Shown: in pieces, positions 39,125 through 50,507 of the stretch
Layout: the number at the start of each line of letters is the position of its first letter
Numbering within the stretch: the stretch's first letter is position 1
Assembly: GCF_006345805.1 (NCBI RefSeq)
Contig: NW_021835985.1
Coordinates: forward strand, 1-64,000
DNA: 64,000 nucleotides
Direction of reading: 5' to 3'
From: Octopus sinensis
Taxonomy: Eukaryota
Notes under the pieces: generated by a model
Database searches by the model: none
What the model saw: the letters and a program-made list of their open reading frames with translations, nothing else
Told to the model about the DNA's origin: nothing
Made by a program: the position numbers and the translations under genes

Positions 39125-41104
39125 CTAGCAGTATCGCCCGGCGTTGCTCGGGTTTGTAAGGGAAATAACTATAAAGCATTTTTAGAGAGTTATAGCCAAA
39201 AAATAGCAAAAAAATGGGAAAAAAAATTATGGTAAATTTTTTTTTGATAGTTAAAAAGGTCGAGTTACGTCCCCTAGACCATCTGTGGTTTGTGTTTCTG
39301 ATTGTCGACCCCATGTCGAATTTATCGATCTTTTTCAGAACTGGGGGGAACTTTTCAAAATTTTCTCTGCGTTAATTTTGAATTATGACATTGGGCTGTG
39401 TGTGTGTCAAGTTTCATCAGAATCGGTTGAAAGCCGTGGTCAGGGTGAGGGTACAACCTGACAGACACACAGAAACACACACAGACAAACTGCCGTTTAT
39501 ATAGAGAGATATATATATATATATATACTAGCAGTATCGCCCGGCGTTGCTCAGGTTTGTAAGGGAAATAACTATAAAGCATTTTTAGAGAGTTATAGCC
39601 AAAAAATAGCAAAAAAATGGGAAAAAAAATTATGGTAAATTTTTTTTTGATAGTTAAAAAGGTCGAGTTGCGTCCCCTAGACGGTCTGTGGTTTGTGTTT
39701 CTGATTGTCGACCCCATGTCGAATTTATCGATCTTTTTCAGAACTGGGGGAACTTTTCAAAATTTTCTCTGCGTTAATTTTGAATTATGACATTGGGCTG
39801 TGTGTGTGTCAAGTTTCATCAGAATCGGTTGAAAGCCGTGGTCAGGGTGAGGGTACAACCTGACAGACACAAGAAACACACACAGACAAACTGCCGTTTA
39901 TATAGAGAGATATATATATATATATACTAGCAGTATCGCCGGCGTTGCTCAGGTTTGTAAGGGAAATAACTATAAAGCATTTTTAGAGAGTTATAGCCAA
40001 AAAATAGCAAAAAAATGGGAAAAAAAATTATGGTAAATTTTTTTTGATAGTTAAAAAGGTCGAGTTGCGTCCCCTAGACGGTCTGTGGTTGTGTTTCTGA
40101 TTGTCGACCCCATGTCGAATTATCGATCTTTTTCAGAACTGGGGGAACTTTTCAAAATTTTCTCTGCGTTAATTTTGAATTATGACATTGGGCTGTGTGT
40201 GTGTCAAGTTTCATGAGAATCGGTTGAAAGCCGTGGTCAGGGTGAGGGTACAACCTGACAGACACACAGAAACACACACAGACAAACTGTCGTTTATATA
40301 GAGAGATATATATATATATATACTAGCAGTATCGCCGGCGTTGCTCAGGTTGTAAGGGAAATAACTATAAAGCATTTTGAGAGTATAGCCAAAAAATAGC
40401 AAAAAAATGGGAAAAAAAATTATGGTAAATTTTTTTTTGATAGTTAAAAAGGTCGAGTTGCGTCCCCTAGACGGTCTGTGGTTTGTGTTTCTGATTGTCG
40501 ACCCCATGTCGAATTTATCGATCTTTTTCAGAACTGGGGGAACTTTTCAAAATTTTCTCTCTGCGTTAGTTTTGAATTATGACATTGGGCTGTGTGTGTG
40601 TCAAGTTTCATCAGAATCGGTTGAAAGCCGTGGTCAGGGTGAGGGTACAACCTGACAGACACACAGAACACACACAGACAACTGCCGTTTATATAGAGAG
40701 AGATAATATATATATATACTAGCAGTATCGCCCGGCGTTGCTCAGGTTTGTAAGGGAAATAACTATAAAGCATTTTTAGAGAGTTATAGCCAAAAAATAG
40801 CAAAAAAATGGGAAAAAAAATTATGGTAAATTTTTTTTTGATAGTTAAAAAGGTCGAGTTGCGTCCCCTAGACGGTCTGTGGTTTGTGTTTCTGATTGTC
40901 GACCCCATGTCGAATTTATCGATCTTTTTCAGAACTGGGGGAACTTTTCAAAATTTTCGCTGCGTTAGTTTTGAATTATGACATTGGGCTATGTGTGTGT
41001 CAAGTTTCATGAGAATCGGTTGAAAGCCGTGGTCAGGGTGAGGGTACAACCTGACAGACACACAGACACGCAGACAGACAAACTGCCGTTTATATAGAGA
41101 GAGA
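39125..41104 (-). mobile_element. Head-to-tail array of five non-autonomous Helitrons (about 385 bp each plus TA spacer)
   Basis: On the minus strand each unit starts TC and ends with hairpin cccgagcaacgccggg then CTAG; array sits between A and T; internal ACAG/CA microsatellite; plus-strand ctag at 39125, 39528, 39927, 40323, 40719. Confidence 0.88.
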
Positions 41105-41307
41105 TTATAATAAATTATTTACACATGAAAACTTTTAAAAATTAGGTTTTGTATAGTTGCACCAGGATGAGTTCAGACCAGTCAGTATGAAAAGACTTAT
41201 AAGCAGAAGCCAAACAAGCAAATGGTATAAGGAGTTACGTACCTTGCTTATGGAGACATTAAATGAGAGAAATGTTGTTAGTGAAAAGTCAACATTACAT
41301 CCATATG

Positions 41308-41642
41308 TGAAGGCGCGTGGCTTAGTGGTTAGGGCATTCAGCTCGCGATTGTAAGGTCGTGAGTTCGATTCCCGGCGACGCGTTGGGTCCTTGAGCAAGA
41401 CACTTTATTTCACGTTGCTCCAGTTCACTCAGCTGGCAAAAATGAGTTGTACCTGTATTTCAAAGGGCCGGCCTTGTACCTTGCACACTTTGTGTCACGC
41501 TGAATCTCCCTGAGAACTACGTTATGGGTACGCGTGTCTGTGGATTGCTCAGTCACTGGCACGTTAATTTCATGAGCAGGCTGTTCCGTTGATCGTATCA
41601 ACTGGGACCCTCGTCGTCGTAACCGACGGAGTGCTCCTCCTA
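41308..41642 (+). mobile_element. Young tRNA-derived SINE with target-site duplication
   Basis: A box tggcttagtgg, B box gagttcgattcc, core gtccttgagcaagacactt; TSD acatccatatg at 41297-41307 and 41643-41653. Confidence 0.9.
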
Positions 41643-42419
41643 ACATCCATATGCACTTTCATGGAAAACACCAGTGAAGCTCAAAGATCAACTTTAAATT
41701 TGTATTTTGTTTCATTTAAGATATGTGAATATTTTCAATATATTTTATATAGAAATTACAATTGTGTGTCAAGAATGCTTCCCAACCACCTAGTTCCTAG
41801 TTCAGTCCCAGTGCATGGCACATTGGAAAGTGTCTTTGGGCCAGCCAAAGCCTTGTGAGTGGATTTATTAGATGGAAACTGAAAGAAGCCTGGGATGGTA
41901 GAAAGATAGGATATATCCTATGCAGCACTCAACCTGAATTTTAGGCTATCTACACTGTCAGATTTCAGACTAATATCAAAATTCTTCAGGTGTAGAAAAT
42001 CTAGGCTTCACAAAGGTAAAACCGTTGTATGGATTTTGTGAAGAGTTAGAGTGGCATTTCTTCAGACCTACGACAAAGGTACGCGCTTACATTGTGCATC
42101 TGCCAGGCTGTGTGTTTTGCTTACATCAGGAGAAAACAAAAAAGTAAACAGAATAAAGATAAAAATGTAAACTGACTGTGAAAAATGGACAGGACAAGAA
42201 CATTGTTAATACCAAAGTAAGTAAAAATATGGTTAGGGGATGAAGAGGAAGGGGACAAGAAAATGAGGTAGAAGTGGAAGAAGTGGGAGGAGAAAGAGAA
42301 AGCGAAAGTGAATAGTTGAAAGGAAGAAGAGGAGTGATGTGGATTGTGATGCCAGAATTACCAGAATCAACTTATAATGGAAAAGTGAAAAGTAATTTTG
42401 GTGTAGAATCATAAATATA

Positions 42420-42828
42420 TACTCTTTTACTTGTTTCAGTCATTTGACTGCGGCCATGCTGGAGCACCGCCTTTAGTCGGGCAAATCGACCCCGGGACTT
42501 ATTCTTTGTAAGCCCAGTACTTATTCTATCGGTTTCTTTTTGCCAAACCGCTAAGTGACGGGAACGTAAACACACCAGCATCGGTTGTCAAGCAATGCTA
42601 GGGGGACAAACACAGACACACAAACACAAACACACATACATATATATATATATACATATATACGACAGGCTTCTTTGAGTTTCCATCTACCAAATCCACT
42701 CACAAGGCATTGGTCGGCCCGGGGCTATAGCAGAAGACATTTGCCCAAGATGCCACGCAGTGGGACTGAACCCGGAACCATGTGGTTGGTTAGCAAGCTA
42801 CTTACCACACAACCACTCCTGTGCCTAT
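42420..42828 (-). mobile_element. Composite tRNA-derived SINE with internal (CA)/(TA) microsatellite
   Basis: Minus-strand head tggttgtgtggtaag...gggttcagtccc and CORE-like cttgggcaa; related heads at about 31145, 41770, 56643, 57245-57390 and 60680. Confidence 0.75.
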
Positions 42829-43118
42829 AGTGATAAAATATAGTGATAAAATAAAGAAAATAACAAGTAAAAAAAGGAAGGCTAATTGTAAAACAATATC
42901 AACAAAGACAGCAAGAATAATGAGAAGAAAATAATGATAGCAATACTACTACTACTACTATTAATAGTAATAAAAATAATTACGTTTATTTGCTTTGCAA
43001 GATTTTTGATGTGAAATCGTGTGTTGAAACAGATATTATTGTATTTAGGAATGGTCATTTTGCCAGTTTAGCCAATAAAAACACACGCACTATATATTTG
43101 GTGTTACTTTGCTTCAGC

Positions 43119-44926
43119 ATTGCAGGAGAAATACCTAGCCAAAGATAAGCCCCTGTACCTGGCTTTTGTTGACATGGAGAAAGCCTTCGACAGGGTCCCC
43201 CGATCCCTTATCTGGTGGTCAATGAGGAAACTAGGGATAGATGAATGGTTAGTGAGAGCTGTGCGAGCCATGTACAGAGACGCTGCTAGTAAGGTGAGGG
43301 TTGGCAACGAGTACAGTGAAGAATTCCGGGTAGAGGTTGGGGTCCACCAAGGTTCAGTCCTCAGTCCCCTCCTATTTATCGTAGTCCTCCAGGCAATAAC
43401 GGAGGAATTCAAGACAGGATGCCCCTGGGAGCTCCTCTATGCTGATGACCTTGCTCTAATTGCTGAGTCACTATCAGAACTGGAGGAGAAGTTTCAGGTG
43501 TGGAAGCAAGGATTAGAATCGGAGGGCCTTAGAGTCAACCTAGCTAAAACCAAAGTCCTAATAAGTAGGAAGGTAGACAAATCACAAACGCCTTCAGGTA
43601 GATGGCCCTGCTCGATCTGTAGAAAAGGTGTAGGTAGAAACTCTATAAGATGCACCAAGTGTAAGCTATGGACACATAAGAAGTGCAGCAATGTCAAGGA
43701 AGGCTAACTGGGAAGATAGTTTTTGTATGTGGCAGATGCTCAGAAGCAATAAACACTGAAAATGCGCAGAGACCAACTTCCGTCACATTCCAGAGAGAAA
43801 AACTATAATTTGTTGATAGCTTCCGTTACCTAGGTGACCAAGTCAGTAGCGGGGGCGGGTGTGTTAAAAGTGTAACTGCTAGAGTAAGAATAGCCTGGGC
43901 AAAGTTCAGAGAGCTCTTACCTCTGCTGGTGACAAAACGCCTCTCGCTCAGAGTAAAAGGCAGACTGTATGATGCATGTGTATGTACAGCCATGATACAT
44001 GGCAGTGAAACATGGGCTGTGACTGCTGAGGATATGCGTAAGCTCGCAAGAAATGAAGCCAGTATGCTCCGATGGATGTGTAATGTCAGTGTTCATACTC
44101 GACAGAGTGTAAGTACCTTGTGAGAGAAGTTGGACCTAAGAAGCATCAGTTGTAGTGTGCAAGAGAGACGTTTGCGCTGGTATGGTCATGTGACGAGAAT
44201 GGATGAAGATAGTTGTGTGAAAAAGTGCCACACCCTAGTGGTTGAGGGAACCTGTGGCAGAGGTAGACCCAGGAAAACTTGGGACAAGGTGGTGAAGCAT
44301 GACCTTCGAACTTTAGGTCTCACCAAGGAAATGACTAGAGACCGAGACCTTTGGAAGTATGCTGTGCTTGAGAAGACCCAGCAGGACAAGTGAGACCATA
44401 ACCCATGGCCTCTACCTGGGATGTAGCCAGTCCACTTATGCATACCTTTCCTTCTTGGGACACAAAACTGTACTTATGAAGACCTGTTTTGGCAAGTGAA
44501 AATCAAAATCGATCAACATCAATGGAAATTGCAGCTGTGAAACCAGTGCCAGTGGCATGTAAGAGAACCATCTGAACGTGGCCGTTGCCAGTGCCGCCTT
44601 GACTGGCTTCCGTCCCAGTGGCACGTAAAAAGCACCATCCGATCGTAGCCATTGCCAGCCCCACCTGGCCTCCGTGCTGGTGGTACGTAAAAAGCACCAT
44701 CCGTCCGTGGCCGTTTGCCAGCCTCGTCTGGCACCTGTGTTGGTGGCATGTAAAAAGCACCCACTACACTCATGGAGTGGTTGGCGTTAGGAAGGGTATC
44801 CAGCCGTAGAAACATTGCCAGATCAGACTGGGCCTGGTGCAGCCTTCAGGCTTCCCAGACCCCAGTTGAACCGTTCAACCCATGCCAGCATGGAAAGCGG
44901 ATGCTAAACGATGATGATGATGATGA
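43119..44926 (+). mobile_element. 5'-truncated RTE LINE with (GAT)n tail
   Basis: DMEKAFDRVPR, GVHQGSVLSPLLF, LLYADDL, RRLRWYGHV, GRGRPRKTW; tail gatgatgatgat. Confidence 0.95.
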
Positions 44927-45402
44927 TTAATCTTAATCTTATTTCGGCCAGAGTTCTTTCGTCACACTCCTGTGACTGCATCAGTGGTCCTTTGCTTTCT
45001 TCTTTCTTATTTCGTGTCTCTCCTTACTAACGAAAGAACTCTGGCCGAAATAAGATTAAGATTAATGTAAAAAATAAATAACACTGAAGCAAAGTAACAC
45101 CAAATATATAGTGTGTGTGTTTTTGTTGGCTAAACTGGCAAAATGACCATTCCTAGATACAACAATAAAAATAATAGCAAAAATAATATAAAAGATAATA
45201 ATAGTAATAGCCAGTTGAAACTTTAATGATGATGAAGACTAAAGGAAGATAATGTTGTGGACAGTAGAAGAGATATGATGGACATAGGCAATAAACGACA
45301 TGAGTAAAGTGAGAAGGATGGAAATGAAGCTAACCAGAATTATTCCTGGTGACCTTATACACATACCTATACATACACACACATATGCAAATGCACATGG
45401 AT

Positions 45403-45458
<56 letters not shown>

Positions 45459-45992
45459 AGATATGGAGGGAGAAAGACAAACTTAATTTGCAGCAGTAAG
45501 TTTCACCCTACCAAATTGGTAACTTGGGCTGAGTTGCTTGCACCCATAGTTACATTGAAATATTCTAGTCTGTCCATATGAGGCTGTCATTCAAAGTAAA
45601 TATTGTTTTCCTAGCTGCTACAATTGGGCTGGTGTCTTTAAATAAAGAGGTGTTCCTGATGGCAAAGATTATAGCCTCACTGAGAAGTACAAGTTTAATA
45701 GATGAGTAGTACAAGTTGATATCTATCTGTATGAATTTATTTGTATTTTGTAAAGTAAATTCTTAAACCAGTCAATAACATCAGTTGTGTCTGACCAAAG
45801 ATCTAGTTTAATAAGTTTCCTCAATGTAGGGAGTATCATATCTATAACGGTTTTGTGATTGCAAATATGTCAATTTTCATTCGGAACTTTTGTGTGAGCT
45901 TACATTAAAAGCTGAGCTCGTACAAAAACAACTACAACTGACCATTAAAGATGTGTTGAAGTCTTCTTATTTGGATTGTATAAATATATATA

Positions 45993-46200
45993 GGAAATGA
46001 CCAGAGACCGAGACCTTTGGAAGTATGCTGTGCGTGAGAAGACCCAGCAGGACAAGTGAGGCCTGTGCATACCTTCCTTCTTGGGACACAAAATTCTACT
46101 TGTGAAGACCTGTTGAGGCAAGTGAAAATCGAAATCGATCAACATAAATGGAATTTGTAGTTGTGATACCAGTTCTGGTGGCACGTAAGAGAACCATCCG
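45993..46200 (+). mobile_element. Short RTE fragment (ORF end and 3' UTR)
   Basis: Matches 44327-44575. Confidence 0.85.
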
Positions 46201-46317
46201 AAAGAGATACTTTTTTATCGAGATTTCATTGCTCATAATTACAGGTAAATATTATACAAGCATATATTATCACTAACAAGTATAGTGTATGTATGTAGTG
46301 TGTGTGTGTAGATACAC

Positions 46318-48431
46318 ATCATCATCATCATCATTTAACGTCCGCTTTCCATGCTAGCATGGGTTGGATGGTTCAACTGGGGTCTGTGAAGCCAGAGGGC
46401 TGCTTCAGGCCCAGTCTGATCTGGCAGTATTTCTACGGCTGGATGCCCTTCCTAACGCCAACAACTCCGTGAGTGTAGTGGGTGTCTTTTACGTGCCACC
46501 CACACAGGTGTCAGACAGAGCTGGCAGACGGCCATGGACAGATGGTGCTTTTACGTGCCACTGGCACAGGGGCCAGGCGAGGCTGGCAACGGCCACGAAC
46601 GGATGGTGCTTTTATGTGCCACCGGCACGGGGGCCAGGCAAGGCTGGCAACAGCCACGAACGGATGGTGCTTTTTACATGCCACCGGCCCGGAGGCCAGT
46701 CGGGGCGGCGCTGGCAACGGACATGATCGGATGGTGCTTTTACGTGCCACCGGCACGGGGGCCAGGCGAGGCTGGCAACAACCACGAACAGATGGTGCTT
46801 TTTTACATGTCATCGGCACGGAGGCCAGTTGGGGCGGCGCTGGCAACGTCCACAATCGGATGGTTTGCTTATTTGTCACCGGCACTGGTATCACAGCTGC
46901 AATTTCCATTGATGTTGATCGACTTCGATTTTGGTTCTGCTTTCTGATATCTGATTTGATTTTGATTTTTTGATTTTGATTTTCACTTGCCTCAACGGGT
47001 CTTCACAAGTGGAGTTTTGTGTCCCAAGAAAGAAAGGTATGTATAAGTCGACTGGCTACATACCAGGTAGAGGCCATGGGTTATGGCCTCACTAGTCTTG
47101 CCGGGTCTTCTCACGCACAGCACACTTCCATAGGTCTCGGTCTCTAGTCATTTCCTTAGTGAGACCTAAAGTTCGAAGGTCATGCTTCACCACCTCGTCC
47201 CAGATTTTCCTGGGTCTACCTCTTCCACAGGTTCCCTCAACCGCTAGGGTGTGGCACTTTTGCACACAACTATCTTCAGCCATTCTCGTCACATGACCAT
47301 ACCAGCGCAAACGTCTCTCTTGCACACCACAACTGATGCTTCTTAGGTTCAACTTTTCTCTCAAGGTACTTACACTCTGTCGATTATGAACACTGACATT
47401 ACACATCCATCGGAGCATACTGGCTTCATTTCTTGCGAGCTTACGCATATCCTCAGCAGTCACAGCCCATGTTTCACTACCATGTAGCATGGCTGTACGT
47501 ACACATGCATCATACAGTCTGCCTTTTACTCTGAGCGACAGGCCTTTTGTCACCAGCAGGGGTAAGAGCTCTCTAAACTTTGCCCAAGCTATTCTTACTC
47601 TAGCAGTTACACTTTCAACACACCCACCCCCACTACTGACTTGGTCACCTAGGTAGCGGAAGCTATCAACTACTTCTAGTTTTTCTCCCTGGAACGTGGT
47701 AGAAGTTGGTCTCTGCACATTTTCAGTGTTTATTACTCCTGAGCATCTGCCACAGACAAAAACTATTTTCCTAGTTAGCCTTCCTTTGACATTGCTGCAC
47801 CTCTTATGTGTCCATAGCTTACACTTGGTGCACCTTATAGAGTTCTACCTACACCTTTTTTACAGATCAAGCAGGGCCATCTACCTGAAGGCGTTTGTGA
47901 TTGGTCTACCTTCCTACTTATTAGGACTTTGGTTTTAGCTAGGTTGATTCTGAGGCCCTTCGATTCTAATCCTTGCTTCCACACCTGAAACTTCTCCTCC
48001 AGTTCTGATAGCAACTCAGCAATTAGAGCAAGGTCGTCAGCATAAAGGAGCTCTCAGGGGCATCCTGTCTTGAATTCCTCCGTTATTGCCTGGAGGACTA
48101 TGATAAATAGGAGGGGACTGAGGACTGAACCTTGGTGGACCCCAACCTCTACCCGGAATTCTTCACTGTACTCGTTGCCAACCCTCACCTTACTAGCAGC
48201 GTCTCTGTACATGGCTCGCACAGCTCTCACTAACCATTCATCTATCCCTAGTTTCCTCATTGACCACCAGATAAGGGATCGGGGGACCCTGTCAAAGGCT
48301 TTCTCCATGTCAACAAAAGCCAGGTACAGGGGCTTATCTTTGGCTAGGTATTTCTCCTGCAGCTGTCTTACCAGGAATATAGCATCACTAGTACTTTTCC
48401 CTGGCACGAACCCAAACTGCATCTCATCTAT
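46318..48431 (-). mobile_element. 5'-truncated RTE LINE
   Basis: ORFs 48054-48461 and 47092-47718 carry RT and C-terminal motifs; (CAT)n tail at 46318. Confidence 0.95.
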
Positions 48432-48589
48432 AACAATACAGGTTTCCACAGGGACAAACAAATTCTACTCACAAAAGCATTTCAGACAACCAGAAACTAT
48501 AATAGGAGACACTTGTCCAAAGTGTACACAGTCCTTACAGAGTACCTGCAATTATAATTTACAGAGGTGTATTACCAATTGTTACTTAC

Positions 48590-48657
48590 TGAGGAGTATC
48601 ACTTATTTTCAAAACAGAACGTTCTGGTATAGAAAAATGCTTCTCCTTTTTTTCATC
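48590..48657 (-). CDS. Alpha-mannosidase II coding exon (68 bp)
   Basis: aatacag| DEKKEKHFSIPERSVLKISDTP(Q) |gtaagt; phases 0/2 bridge the neighbouring exons exactly. Confidence 0.85.
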
Positions 48658-49130
48658 CTGTATTTAAAAAAAAAAAGAAATAGTTTGTAATTTACTCTCA
48701 GCATTTACATTTGTGAGAAATAGCAACCAAATCTTCCTCAAATCACACTTTAAAATGCATGACACAGAAGTATTTAAAACAACAATTTTCCTAAAATGAT
48801 GCATCAAAAATTTTACTGTGTCGCAAGGGACAAAAACAAATTTCAAGCAAAGTCTCTTTTTGATATCAACCAACCTGACATAGCTCCCACTTCTCCTGAG
48901 ATACAAACTTCCTGTTTTAAAGTGATCTGACCAAACATTTATTGAAGAATATCTCCCAATGAATACTTATAAAGGAGCAGCCTCAATTATTATTTACTGC
49001 ATCAGACTCTCTATTTGCCATTCAGTATCCTGAATCAACAATCTTTTGTAATTACTTTCATGCCAGATTTCTTTTCAGTCATGGAAGTGCTTAGGAAGGA
49101 AAGAAAATCAAAAGCAGTCATTCAACTCAC

Positions 49131-49245
49131 AACATTAAACATAGGTTTTTCTTTGGAGTAGCTGTATTTGCTTTTCTCCTTCATCATTAAAAATGTGATG
49201 GATTCTGTTGTCAGTCTCTTCATCTCCATCATAGCAGTCAGCAAC
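49131..49245 (-). CDS. Alpha-mannosidase II coding exon (115 bp)
   Basis: tttttcag| (R)LLTAMMEMKRLTTESITFLMMKEKSKYSYSKEKPMFNV |gtgagt; phases 2/0 fit. Confidence 0.87.
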
Positions 49246-49696
49246 CTGAAAAATAAAAAAGACAGATTCTCTTATTCCTTTATCCTTGTAATGGATCCAG
49301 GCTTTGAATTACAGTTATGATGGAGCACTTCCTTCAGGTAGTGTGTGTGCACCTATGTATATGTGTACACACATATACACACAAAATCTTCCCAGTAGGG
49401 GAGACTATGTAGTCACCTCTTCAGCAAGACACCTGTCCTGTCTCTCATACTTTCATAGTAATATAACCCACAGAGTTGAGAGGCCTTGTCTTGCAAATAC
49501 TTTCTAGCCTAACTAGTGCAGGTGACACAGAAAAAGCAGCCAGTATACTATGTGAAGTGTAACATGCAACTGTAGAAACCTTGCCAAAACAAACATTAGA
49601 CTTCAGTGCAGCCTTTTGGATCATCAGTTCCAGTCAAACCCATGACAGCATGGAAAAAGATATGTGAAACAATAACAATGACAACTAGACTAGATA

Positions 49697-50102
49697 TCTT
49701 TATATATAAAAGTCAAGTTGTGTGTCTGTCTCCTACGATTTAGTTTCCTAACTACTCCCACATTTTGCGGTGCAGTTTAACCAAAAGCGGGTATCTTATA
49801 GTCGTGATTCATATCGAGCCCTTCTGGGTATTAGTACGCGTCTACGATGAGTCTACGATTTAAAAAAAAATTTACCATAATTTTTCCGTATTTTTAATGC
49901 ATTTTCGCTCAGTTTATATAAGGGAAGTAACTCTCTAAAAATGTATTATTAAATCTCAGAATGTAAAAAGCTACAGTAACACCCCCCCCCCCTTTGTGGT
50001 TAGCCATATTGTGATGGCTATTATACTTTACATTTATACTCTAAATATGCTCATATAGTTATTCCCCTTACAAACCCGAGCAACGCCAGGCGATACTGCT
50101 AG
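49697..50102 (+). mobile_element. Non-autonomous Helitron sharing its 3' end with the 39125 array
   Basis: a|TCtttatatataaaag ... cccttacaaacccgagcaacgccaggcgatactgCTAG|t. Confidence 0.85.
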
Positions 50103-50208
50103 TTATATATTTATATAAATATATATATATATATATCATCATCATATATATATATATATATATTGTTGACGATATATATATATATATCTATATATATATA
50201 TATTCTAG

Positions 50209-50258
50209 CAAAAACTGTCTGATGAACGGCAACGAGAAACTCAGAGTAACAGATTTTG
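50209..50258 (+). ncRNA. Minimal type I hammerhead ribozyme motif, copy 1
   Basis: ctgt-CTGATGA-a cg GCAA cg a-GAA ACTC a GAGT A-acag; stems I to III can pair; predicted cut after GUA at 50248. Confidence 0.7.
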
Positions 50259-50292
50259 TTGAATTTTTTGCTGCTTAAAATAAAGTATATAT

Positions 50293-50323
<31 letters not shown>

Positions 50324-50384
50324 CATCATCATATATATATATATATATATTGTTGACGATATATATATATATATATATATCTAG

Positions 50385-50434
50385 CAAAAACTGTCTGATG
50401 AACGGCAACGAGAAACTCAGAGTAACAGATTTTG
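50385..50434 (+). ncRNA. Minimal type I hammerhead ribozyme motif, copy 2
   Basis: Identical to copy 1, 176 bp downstream. Confidence 0.7.
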
Positions 50435-50461
50435 TTGAATTTTTTGCTGCTTAAAATAAAG

Positions 50462-50492
<31 letters not shown>

Positions 50493-50507
50493 ATATATAT
50501 ATATATA

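Noticed and set aside
39066-40908. Repeated MGSTIRNTNHR ORFs as a tandem gene family
   Set aside because: They lie within Helitron units and cross TA spacers with frameshifts.
41308-41385. tRNA gene
   Set aside because: A and B boxes are present but there is no acceptor-stem pairing or T-run terminator; it continues into a SINE body flanked by a TSD.
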